This document shows, one piece after another, positions 1 to 7,645 of a stretch of DNA of 54,950 nt. Within the stretch, counting starts at the first letter, position 1. Each line of letters starts with the position of its first letter. A program made the position numbers and the translations under genes. A model generated the notes under the pieces. The model ran no database searches and was not told the DNA's origin. It saw only the letters and a program-made list of their open reading frames with translations. Source of the stretch: Clostridiales bacterium (GTDB lineage: Bacteria; Bacillota; Clostridia; Caldicoprobacterales; UBA3941); assembly GCA_012518395.1 (NCBI GenBank), contig JAAYSJ010000089.1, positions 1 through 54,950 on the forward strand. The letters are read 5' to 3'.

Positions 1-63
1 ATGATTTAGGTGTCAAAAGCCCTAGTCATATTTTAAATTTGTACCTTGAAAACTTAACACAAA
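1..63. repeat. Left terminal inverted repeat of the IS (bipartite)
   Basis: Direct comparison with the reverse complement of 1794-1864. Two well-matched blocks are separated by a divergent spacer. Confidence 0.8.
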
Positions 64-130
64 TCCCACAAATCCGCCAATTCATAGTATAATATAGGTA
101 GACTACAGTTGGATTGGAAGGTAAATTACA

Positions 131-1732
131 ATGTCTTTTGTCAAAAATAGTAGTAGCCAGATATCATTTGATGATAGTACCTTATCTCTAACCGCAAGGG
201 AGAGAAAGTTTCTTAATAAATCCTGGGCAAAGGCTTTTGCAGATAACATATTCCCGGCGATAAAAGAAGAAGATTTTGCTGTTTTATATAGCGATAAGGC
301 TTCGAGACCTAATACCCCGGTTAATATCATTATCAGCACACTTATCCTAAAAGAACTCTTGGGGCTGACGGATGACGAGATCATGGAATCTTTAATGTTT
401 GACATAAGGCTTCAGTATGCACTTCATACGACCAGTTTCAAAGAGCAGCCATTAAGTGATAGAACACTTAGTCGTTTTCGTGAAAGATGCCTTACTTACG
501 AAGCCATGACAGGGATAGATCTTGTTAAAAACTGCATTACCGGACTTTCCACTCAGATCGCTGATATTATGGGTATTAATACTGGATTAAAGCGGATGGA
601 CAGTATGATGGTGGCTTCCAACATTAAAAGGCTTTCCCGCCTGGAATTATTGTATACGTGTGTAGCAAACCTTGTAAAGCTCCTTCATAAAAATGAAGAT
701 GATATACCATCCGGCATGGCGCATTATTATGAGCCTGATGACTTAAATAAAGTTATCTATCACACGAGAAGTATGGATGTCAGTGAAAAGACGAAACAAG
801 TTCTTTGCGATGCATACCTCCTTGTAAAGAAATGTGCCGGCGACTATGATGAAAGTAGTGAATATCAGCTTCTGGTACGGGTCATTGGCGAGCAGACTAT
901 AGAAGATGAGAATGGTTCCTTGGCACTTAAGGATAAAAACGACGAAACTATGGATTCTAAAATCCTTCAAAATCCTGCTGACCCGGATGCAACTTATCGT
1001 TTTAAATCAGGTAAGCATCATCGTGGCTATGTTGCAAACTTTACTGAAGATGTAGGCGAAAAAGCGAGTGTTATAACTGATTATGATTATCAGCCTAATA
1101 CCCACAGTGACAGCCAGTTTCTTAAGGATACTGTCGAGGCATTGGGAGAACAAGAAGAAACAGTTACATTAGTAGCCGACGGTGCTTATGGGGGAGAAGA
1201 AAATATAGCCCTGGCAAAGGATAAAAACATAGACCTTGTCACTACCAACTTTCAGGGGAAAAAGCCTGAAGATATATTCGCAGACTTTGAATTTAGTCCT
1301 GATGGCAAAAAGGTCCTAAAATGTGCCGGAGGGCAGGTGCCAGCCACCAATAGTTACAACCCCAAGACAGAACAGTGCCGCATTACCCTGAATAAGGCAA
1401 AATGTAACAGCTGCCCTTACAAGGAACAGTGTAAGCCGAAGTTTCATAAGACTAAGACATCCAAAGTATTATCATGGAAGACCGTATCAAGGGCCAAGCA
1501 ACTTCGTTATATGAAAACATCGGAGTTTATGGAGCTGGCAAAGATCCGAAATGGTATAGAATCGCTCCCATCAATACTTAGAAGAAAATATAGGGTAGAT
1601 GAGATGCCGGTAAGAGGGAAGTTAAAGACCAAACTGTTTTTCGGATTCAAAGTAGCAGCTTTAAACTTTAAGAAACTGCTTGATTACCTAAGCTGTATGG
1701 ATAATTATGCCCTGGAACCGGAATTTTGCTAA
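131..1732 (+). CDS. IS1182/IS5-type DDE transposase
   Basis: 533-aa ORF. The N-terminus resembles the InsH-type transposase N-domain (ASRPNTPVNIIISTLILKELLGLTDDEI...LSDRTLSRFRERC). The central region is DDE-like (LVADGAYGGEEN). The C-terminus has the Cys pair CNSCPYKEQC typical of IS1182-family proteins. The ORF is flanked by the inverted repeats. Confidence 0.9.
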   Translation: MSFVKNSSSQISFDDSTLSLTARERKFLNKSWAKAFADNIFPAIKEEDFAVLYSDKASRPNTPVNIIISTLILKELLGLTDDEIMESLMFDIRLQYALHTTSFKEQPLSDRTLSRFRERCLTYEAMTGIDLVKNCITGLSTQIADIMGINTGLKRMDSMMVASNIKRLSRLELLYTCVANLVKLLHKNEDDIPSGMAHYYEPDDLNKVIYHTRSMDVSEKTKQVLCDAYLLVKKCAGDYDESSEYQLLVRVIGEQTIEDENGSLALKDKNDETMDSKILQNPADPDATYRFKSGKHHRGYVANFTEDVGEKASVITDYDYQPNTHSDSQFLKDTVEALGEQEETVTLVADGAYGGEENIALAKDKNIDLVTTNFQGKKPEDIFADFEFSPDGKKVLKCAGGQVPATNSYNPKTEQCRITLNKAKCNSCPYKEQCKPKFHKTKTSKVLSWKTVSRAKQLRYMKTSEFMELAKIRNGIESLPSILRRKYRVDEMPVRGKLKTKLFFGFKVAALNFKKLLDYLSCMDNYALEPEFC

Positions 1733-1793
1733 GTATGCGCGTAAGATCTCTGTCTTCATGAAGCAAAAACTCCATTTCGGGACAAAAATATGG

Positions 1794-1864
1794 TTTGTGT
1801 CAAATTTTCAAGGTACAAATAAAAATATTATCTATGAGCAAGTGTCTTTTGACACTCTAATCAT
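1794..1864. repeat. Right terminal inverted repeat of the IS
   Basis: Reverse complement matches bases 1-63, as described for the left repeat. Confidence 0.8.
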
Positions 1865-1872
1865 GTTATAAT
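1864..1872 (+). promoter_or_regulatory. Candidate extended -10 promoter element (TGTTATAAT) at the IS/chromosome junction
   Basis: TG at 1864-1865 and TATAAT at 1867-1872 match TGnTATAAT. The motif lies 38 nt upstream of the PBP ATG at 1911. The T at 1864 is the last base of the IS inverted repeat. Confidence 0.4.
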
Positions 1873-1910
1873 GTAATTAAAATTTGCCCTATGTAAATTG
1901 GAGGAAAGTC

Positions 1911-4900
1911 ATGAAGAAATGGAAAGGTATAATGGGTAGGGTACAAAAAGTTATATCCAAGGTAGGCCGTTCCATAAAAGATGGTAAACAGAACTTAACC
2001 ACATGGTGGAAAGCATCCATAGAAAAGTGGAAAAGCTGGTTAGTTAGCAAAAAAGAGCCTGCATCCGAATCAGGCCATCCAATAAAGACCCAAATACAAA
2101 ACGTAAACAGGTGGTGGAAGGACTCCATGAAAAGTTGGAAAGGCTGGTTAGCTAGTCTAAAGAGACCTAAATCCAGGCCAAAAGATTCTTCAAAAGTTCA
2201 AGACGATAAAGATATACAAGAAGATAGTGAGGAAAAGGGCTCAAAATTCTTTCTCAGAAAGAAAAGACAGCCAAATTTCTTTATTTCTGTTTTAGTTACA
2301 ACCATAAGACTTTTTTTAATACTATTCATACTCATTGGTTTCGCCAGCTTTGGTGCAGTAGCAGGAATAGGCAAGGCATATCTGGATTCTACTCCCGAAC
2401 TTGATGTGGTTCGTATTGAAGACCAGAATGAAACTACTTTCATTTACGATAAATTTGGTAATCTTATCACTGAATACTATGGTTTTGAAAATCGTATTTG
2501 GGCACCTATTGATGAAATCCCTGATAATTTAAGGAAGGCTTTTATCGCTATTGAAGATGCCCGTTTTGAGAGCCATAACGGTATTGATGCTAAGCGTGTA
2601 TTCGGCTCACTAATACATAATTTAAGCAGCGATACTACCCAGGGTGCCAGTACCATCACCCAGCAGCTCATCAAGAATACAATTTTGACTCAGGAAGTAA
2701 CTTATAAGAGAAAAATCCAAGAAATGTATCTCGCTGTTCAGCTTGAAAAAAAATATTCCAAGGATCAAATTTTAGAAGCGTATCTTAATACAATTTGGCT
2801 AGGTGGTTCTAACTACGGTGTCAAAGCTGCTGCAAAGGATTACTTTGGCAAAGAACTTAGGGAATTAACCCTTCAAGAATGTGCCATGCTAGCAGGTATT
2901 ACCCGCAACCCATGGGGATATGATCCTAGAGCCAATACTTATACCAGGGATACGCCGGAAAAATCTTACGATAGAACCAATCTGGTATTGCAGCGGATGT
3001 ATGAAAGCAATTTTATAAATGAAGATCAATACAAAGAGGCTATGATAGAGGAATCACGCTACAATTCCCGACCAATAACTATTAAAGAAAAACCCTCAAG
3101 TAATGATTATCCTATGAAATATTTTCTGGAATATGTAATAGATGATGTCCGAGAAAGGATAATGGTGCTTAACAACTGGGAGGGCGATGAAGGATGGCGG
3201 AAAGCTGACCAGTACATCTATTCCGGAGGTCTTCATATATACACTACCCTTGATCCAAAGATTCAGCAGGCTGTTGAAGAAGAGGTGTATGAATATAAAA
3301 GCCTACCTAAATTCGAAAAATCCATATACAACAAGAGTGAAAGCGGTGTTGACCAGCCCCAAGCGGCAGTAGTGGTTATAGAACAGAATACAGGTGAGCT
3401 CCAAGCTATCGTAGGAGGCAAACAGCCTCCTACCGGGAAACGCCAGTTTAACCGGGCTTTTAACCCAAAGGCTCAACTGCCCATCGGGTCTACAATAAAA
3501 CCGTTGGCTGTGTATGCGCCCTTTATAGAGGCAGGATATCCTGGCGGAATAATTATAGAAAATATCCCCGCTGCCATAGACGGATGGAAACACGGGGAAT
3601 TACCTTATCCAAGAAACTACGGTGACAGCAAATATGATGGGCCTACCGATGTAAGGAAAGGTATCTTTAAATCCTTAAACGTGGTAGCTGCCAGAATACT
3701 CTTAGATCGAATAGGGACTTCATATTCTGTAGAAAAAATGAAGGAACTAGGTTTCAACCCTAAGCATATTCCTGAGGAACCAGCCGCCCTCTCACTTGGA
3801 GCCCATGGTAATATCATGATGGAGGTTGCCGGTGCTTACGCAGCCCTCGCCAATAAAGGGGTCTATAGGGAGCCCGTTTCCTTTACCAAAGTCATAGATA
3901 AAGATGGTAATGAAATACTCAATACCCTAAAGAACCAGATTACCCGTCAAGTTTTCAAAGAGAGCACTGCGTTTATTCTGACAGATTGGATGCAAGATGT
4001 AGTAAACGGAGGAACCGCAACGGTACATATTAGGAATGATAATGGGCAAGCAATCCCCGTTGCAGGGAAAACAGGAACCAATAGTCAATTTAGAGGAGTG
4101 TATTTTGCTGGTTATACGCCATACTATACTGCCACCTTATGGATTGGCCATGATGATTTTCAGCCTCCCTTTGTCAAGGGGACAACTGGTGGAAAATTTG
4201 CGGCGCCATTATGGGAAAAAATTATGAATAGAATCCACGCTAATCTTGAAAACAAGGATTTTTATGATGAAGTGCCTGAGGATGTGGTCAGGGTTACAGT
4301 CTGCGGTGTATCAGGTAAATTACCTAACGGAGAGCTTTGTGCCAGGGATTCAAGTGGCCATGGTTTAGTTACGGAATGGTTCCCGAAAAATGCTGTGCCG
4401 AAACCTGATGATATTTGTAACATGCATGTGGAAATAGAAGCATGTCCCTATTCAGGAAAGTATCCTACCCCTTATTGTCCTGAGGAAGGAAGAGAAAAAT
4501 CAGCTATCATTCTTCTTCCCAAAGATTCACCATACCGATTGTTATCAGATTCAGAACTGGCCAAATATCTACCAGGCGCAGTAAAGGATTTGGATAAGCT
4601 GGGCAAGCTGGATTATAAGGATCCCAATGATAGACCTTACTTCTGTAACCTTCACACTAAGGAATGGTATGAGGGTGAACAGCTCCGTGAAGAAATGATA
4701 ATAGAAGCCTCACAGCTAATCGCGAACGTCAAATCCAATATGGCCAATCCAACTTATGCGCCAAAGCTGGATAAAAAGCGAAGCGATAAGCTAAATAAAT
4801 CTATTGGCAAACTCGAAGAAGCACTGAAGGAGGGAATTATTGAAATCCCTGATAAATCTTCAAAGGAGCACAAACATATTGATAAATTGCCAGTGTTTGA

Positions 4901-5063
4901 TGGGGTTAAAGTGCAAGAAGAAATGGATCATCTTTCAAAGATCAATAAAGAAATCTTCAAGGAAATAGAAAAAGAGCTTGAAAATGACAAACCCAATAAT
5001 CCGTCTGAACCACCTGTAAACGGAGAAGATCCACCAGACAACGGAAATGGGGATGATGATTAA
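1911..5063 (+). CDS. Class A penicillin-binding protein (bifunctional glycosyltransferase/transpeptidase) with N- and C-terminal extensions
   Basis: GT51 motifs are present (AFIAIEDARFESHNGID, GASTITQQL, RKIQEMYLA). Transpeptidase motifs are present (STIKP, KTGT). The preferred start is the ATG at 1911, 6 nt after GGAGG (1900-1904), rather than the TTG at 1884 used in the ORF track. Confidence 0.93.
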   Translation: MKKWKGIMGRVQKVISKVGRSIKDGKQNLTTWWKASIEKWKSWLVSKKEPASESGHPIKTQIQNVNRWWKDSMKSWKGWLASLKRPKSRPKDSSKVQDDKDIQEDSEEKGSKFFLRKKRQPNFFISVLVTTIRLFLILFILIGFASFGAVAGIGKAYLDSTPELDVVRIEDQNETTFIYDKFGNLITEYYGFENRIWAPIDEIPDNLRKAFIAIEDARFESHNGIDAKRVFGSLIHNLSSDTTQGASTITQQLIKNTILTQEVTYKRKIQEMYLAVQLEKKYSKDQILEAYLNTIWLGGSNYGVKAAAKDYFGKELRELTLQECAMLAGITRNPWGYDPRANTYTRDTPEKSYDRTNLVLQRMYESNFINEDQYKEAMIEESRYNSRPITIKEKPSSNDYPMKYFLEYVIDDVRERIMVLNNWEGDEGWRKADQYIYSGGLHIYTTLDPKIQQAVEEEVYEYKSLPKFEKSIYNKSESGVDQPQAAVVVIEQNTGELQAIVGGKQPPTGKRQFNRAFNPKAQLPIGSTIKPLAVYAPFIEAGYPGGIIIENIPAAIDGWKHGELPYPRNYGDSKYDGPTDVRKGIFKSLNVVAARILLDRIGTSYSVEKMKELGFNPKHIPEEPAALSLGAHGNIMMEVAGAYAALANKGVYREPVSFTKVIDKDGNEILNTLKNQITRQVFKESTAFILTDWMQDVVNGGTATVHIRNDNGQAIPVAGKTGTNSQFRGVYFAGYTPYYTATLWIGHDDFQPPFVKGTTGGKFAAPLWEKIMNRIHANLENKDFYDEVPEDVVRVTVCGVSGKLPNGELCARDSSGHGLVTEWFPKNAVPKPDDICNMHVEIEACPYSGKYPTPYCPEEGREKSAIILLPKDSPYRLLSDSELAKYLPGAVKDLDKLGKLDYKDPNDRPYFCNLHTKEWYEGEQLREEMIIEASQLIANVKSNMANPTYAPKLDKKRSDKLNKSIGKLEEALKEGIIEIPDKSSKEHKHIDKLPVFDGVKVQEEMDHLSKINKEIFKEIEKELENDKPNNPSEPPVNGEDPPDNGNGDDD

Positions 5064-5102
5064 AGCAAGTAGAATAAAAAGTTTTGATGTTACATCTAAA
5101 TT

Positions 5103-5129
5103 AAAAGGGACAGACATTGTATCCCTTTT
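5103..5129. terminator. Hairpin between convergent genes, a probable bidirectional intrinsic terminator
   Basis: AAAAGGGA (5103-5110) pairs with TCCCTTTT (5122-5129) around an 11-nt loop. It sits between the PBP stop (5063) and the spoVAE stop (5133). Confidence 0.6.
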
Positions 5130-5132
5130 GAT

Positions 5133-5489
5133 TTAGCTTTTTTCTTTAGGATTGAATAGAACTGCCGCCAAATAACCAAATACAATTGCTGCCGTGATTC
5201 CGCCAGCAGTTGCCATAACGCCCCCGGTAAAGGCTCCAAAAGCCCCAGATTCTTTTACACCTTTTATGGCGCCCTTGGCTAATGAATATCCAAATCCTAA
5301 TAGTGGAACCGTTGCCCCAGCTCCCCCGAATTCTACGATAGGTTCATATATACCTAATGCAGTGAGAATTACTCCTGCGGTTACAAAGCTTACCAGTATT
5401 CTTGCAGGTGTCAGATTAGTCCTATCTAAAAGGATCTGCCCTATAACACAGATTACTCCTCCAGTTATAAACGCTTTTAAATAGTCTAT
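5133..5489 (-). CDS. spoVAE: Stage V sporulation protein AE (SpoVAEB-like), not present in the supplied ORF track
   Basis: The minus-strand frame reads (I)(I)DYLKAFITGGVICVIGQILLDRTNLTPARILVSFVTAGVILTALGIYEPIVEFGGAGATVPLLGFGYSLAKGAIKGVKESGAFGAFTGGVMATAGGITAAIVFGYLAAVLFNPKEKS*. This is the typical SpoVAE sequence and sits in the expected position after spoVAD. There is no ATG, GTG or TTG start. The candidates are ATA (5487-5489) or ATT (5490-5492), about 7 nt after GAGGGG. Confidence 0.8.
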   Translation of the reverse strand: MDYLKAFITGGVICVIGQILLDRTNLTPARILVSFVTAGVILTALGIYEPIVEFGGAGATVPLLGFGYSLAKGAIKGVKESGAFGAFTGGVMATAGGITAAIVFGYLAAVLFNPKEKS

Positions 5490-5492
5490 AAT

Positions 5493-6512
5493 TCATCCCC
5501 TCTTTTCTATTGATACAGCATGTGCGATACCGGGTATGGAGTCACCTTGTTGGACGCTTATGGTACTGTGCATTGCGCCAGTAGAAGCTATGAGGATGCG
5601 ATTGAATTCCCCATCCTCCATTTTTTTTAGCAAATAGCCGGCTAATACCGTCGCAGAAGATGCACATCCACTGGCTCCAGCATGAACATCCTGGTCTTCG
5701 CTAAAGATCTCGCACCCGCAATCAATAAACCGACTTTCAATGTCATACCCATCTTTCTTTAATAGATCGATGGTGATTTGTCGCCCATATTTCCCCAGAT
5801 CTCCTGAAACGATGAGATCATAATCTACGGGTCCTCTCCCCGTATCCTCAAAATGTGCCCTAAAAGTATCTGCTGCCGCGGGAGCCATAGCGGCTCCCAT
5901 ATGATTTGCATCCTTTACCCCAAAATCGATGACCCGGCCTGTAGTCACATGAGTAATAACAGGTCCTACTCCTTCAGAAGAGAGCAGTACCCCTCCTGAT
6001 CCAGTTATGGTCCATTGGGCAGTAGGAGGCCTTTGTACCCCCATTTCCAAAGGGAAACGAAATTGTCTTTCTGCAGTACAAAAATGGCTGGAGGTCACAC
6101 ACAGAACATGATCGGCATAGCCACCATCCACCATAACAGCACCTAATGACATCGTTTGAGTCATGGAAGAACAGGCGCCATAAAGACCGTAATAGGGAAT
6201 TCCCAAGCTTTTAGCTGCAAAGGTAGGGGTTATTATCTGGTCTAACAGATCTCCACCAAACAGATAATTTATATCATGGGGTTCCTTTTGGGCTTTTTTC
6301 AAAATGAGTTCGGCAGTCTCAATATACATTCTTCTTTCGGCCTTTTCCCAACTCTTTTCACCCCAAAGGTCATCTTCCAATATTTTGTCAAAATATCCTG
6401 CTAAAGGACCTTCTCCTTCTTTTTTGCCTACTATAGAAGCTCTGGAAGTTATCTTGGGTGGATTTTGATTCATAGCTATTGTTTGCCCACCCAACCTGCT
6501 TTTTGCTTTCAT
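5493..6512 (-). CDS. spoVAD: Stage V sporulation protein AD
   Basis: 339 aa with a thiolase-like fold typical of SpoVAD (GKKEGEGPLAGYFD, YGACSS). It lies between spoVAC and spoVAE. Confidence 0.92.
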   Translation of the reverse strand: MKAKSRLGGQTIAMNQNPPKITSRASIVGKKEGEGPLAGYFDKILEDDLWGEKSWEKAERRMYIETAELILKKAQKEPHDINYLFGGDLLDQIITPTFAAKSLGIPYYGLYGACSSMTQTMSLGAVMVDGGYADHVLCVTSSHFCTAERQFRFPLEMGVQRPPTAQWTITGSGGVLLSSEGVGPVITHVTTGRVIDFGVKDANHMGAAMAPAAADTFRAHFEDTGRGPVDYDLIVSGDLGKYGRQITIDLLKKDGYDIESRFIDCGCEIFSEDQDVHAGASGCASSATVLAGYLLKKMEDGEFNRILIASTGAMHSTISVQQGDSIPGIAHAVSIEKRG

Positions 6513-6521
6513 CTTAGCTCC

Positions 6522-6986
6522 TTATCTAACGAAAAAATAGTCAATTAATCCTATTACTACGGAAGTACTAATACCATAAACTAAAACTGGTCCTGCAATG
6601 GAAAACAACTTTGCTCCTACTCCTAATACATAGCCTTCCTTTTTAAATTCCATAGCAGGTGATACGATTGAATTGGAGAATCCGGTAATTGGTACAAAAG
6701 CTCCGGCACCGCCCCATTTTCCAATTTTCTTATACAAGCCCAAACCGGTTAATACGGCAGCTATAAAGATTAAGGTTATGGAAGTAATGGTCGCTGCATC
6801 CTCTTTGTTCATATTGTAAATATTTTTAGAAATATTGCTTATTACCTGACCAATGGTACATATCAACCCGCCTGTTAAAAAGGCCTTAATGCAATTAATT
6901 ACAATATTTGATGGCGGACTTATACTGTTGACATAATCCCCATAGTCTTTGTTAGTTTTTTTGTCTTTAACACTTATAGAGTCCAC
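6522..6986 (-). CDS. spoVAC: Stage V sporulation protein AC
   Basis: Membrane protein with the motifs CIKAFLTGGLICTIGQ and GAGAFVPITGFSNS. The GTG at 6986 follows GGAGG by 7 nt and gives about 154 aa. The ATG at 7025 used in the ORF track has no ribosome-binding site. Confidence 0.88.
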   Translation of the reverse strand: MDSISVKDKKTNKDYGDYVNSISPPSNIVINCIKAFLTGGLICTIGQVISNISKNIYNMNKEDAATITSITLIFIAAVLTGLGLYKKIGKWGGAGAFVPITGFSNSIVSPAMEFKKEGYVLGVGAKLFSIAGPVLVYGISTSVVIGLIDYFFVR

Positions 6987-7289
6987 AAGAGCGCCTCCCG
7001 TTAAAAATATTTTCCTTACCAACATATATCATGCATTACTATTAGCATATGCCTTCATATTAGACCATCCATGAGGATAACTGTTTAGCTACTGTTATTA
7101 TAACGGATATTGGATATCTCATTTTTTATATTCCTATCTTCAATTAATTTTGTATCTAAGTCGTGCCTTGTCTCTTTTTCTTCCGGATTTTTACCCCCTA
7201 TTTCCAGGTTTGGTATTTGATTATACTCCATCATTTTTCCATGTACCTTTCGAATACTTATTGTCTGATTCAATATCAAGAAGTATGTC

Positions 7290-7466
7290 TCATAGAGTAC
7301 TTTGATATTTTTGTTCCTCCAGAACCAGTCTGGCTCCTTGGAATGTCTTATCCTGCTTCTTTCCACTTTTCTTTGCAAGATCCCATACGAATACTGCACT
7401 AATCAAGACGATTATTCCAATTATTATAGAACTAAAGATGACTACTCTCTTTTTTATATTTATCAT
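7290..7466 (-). CDS. Small single-pass membrane protein (58 aa), function unknown
   Basis: The ATG at 7466 lies 6 nt after GGGAGG. One hydrophobic helix is present (VVIFSSIIIGIIVLISAVFVW). The call rests only on the ribosome-binding site and hydrophobicity. Confidence 0.4.
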   Translation of the reverse strand: MINIKKRVVIFSSIIIGIIVLISAVFVWDLAKKSGKKQDKTFQGARLVLEEQKYQSTL

Positions 7467-7591
7467 GTCTATCCTCCCATTACATGATATGCCCAAACAA
7501 ATAGCGAAACCAAAGTTTTAGAACATACATAATTTGTTCATTTTGCTAAATAGTTTAATTGTATTATGTGTATTTATTGTTTTTTTATCCT

Positions 7592-7614
7592 AAAAAAACA
7601 CCTGTTAAGGTGTT
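7592..7614 (-). terminator. Intrinsic terminator after sigF
   Basis: On the minus strand, AACACC-TTAACA-GGTGTT is followed by T7. It lies 32 nt downstream of the sigF stop. Confidence 0.7.
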
Positions 7615-7645
7615 AAAATAAATGCTTATTTATAGATGGGCTCGT

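Larger units (their letters stand above)
1..1864 (+). mobile_element. Insertion sequence, IS1182/IS5-superfamily-like, with one DDE transposase ORF between long bipartite terminal inverted repeats
   Basis: Bases 1-63 match the reverse complement of 1794-1864. The outer block is ATGATTTAGGTGTCAAAAG versus ATGATTAGAGTGTCAAAAG. The inner block is ATTTGTACCTTGAAAACTTAACACAAA versus ATTTGTACCTTGAAAATTTGACACAAA. A single 533-aa transposase ORF lies between them. The left end coincides with base 1, so the true left boundary and any target-site duplication cannot be seen. Confidence 0.85.

Noticed and set aside
103-405. Minus-strand 100-aa ORF inside the IS.
   Set aside because: It is antisense to the transposase N-terminus and spans the IS leader. 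It has no ribosome-binding site, and the transposase frame accounts for the region.
1849-1872. Hybrid sigma-A promoter using TTGACA (1849-1854) inside the IS repeat as the -35 for the TATAAT at 1867-1872.
   Set aside because: The spacer is only 12 nt, against the 16-18 nt required. Only the extended -10 (TGnTATAAT) interpretation is kept.
5194-5484. Plus-strand 96-aa ORF (MIPPAVAITPPVKAPKAP...).
   Set aside because: It is the antisense shadow of spoVAE. Its Pro/Ala-rich, low-complexity translation mirrors the Gly/Ala-rich membrane protein on the minus strand. It has no ribosome-binding site and lies where a convergent terminator has already ended plus-strand transcription.
6987-7090. Possible sigma-G/sigma-F promoter upstream of spoVAC (GCATA ... 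CATGATA on the minus strand).
   Set aside because: The spacing between the two elements is about 14 nt rather than the 17-18 nt expected, so the match is no better than chance in AT-rich DNA.
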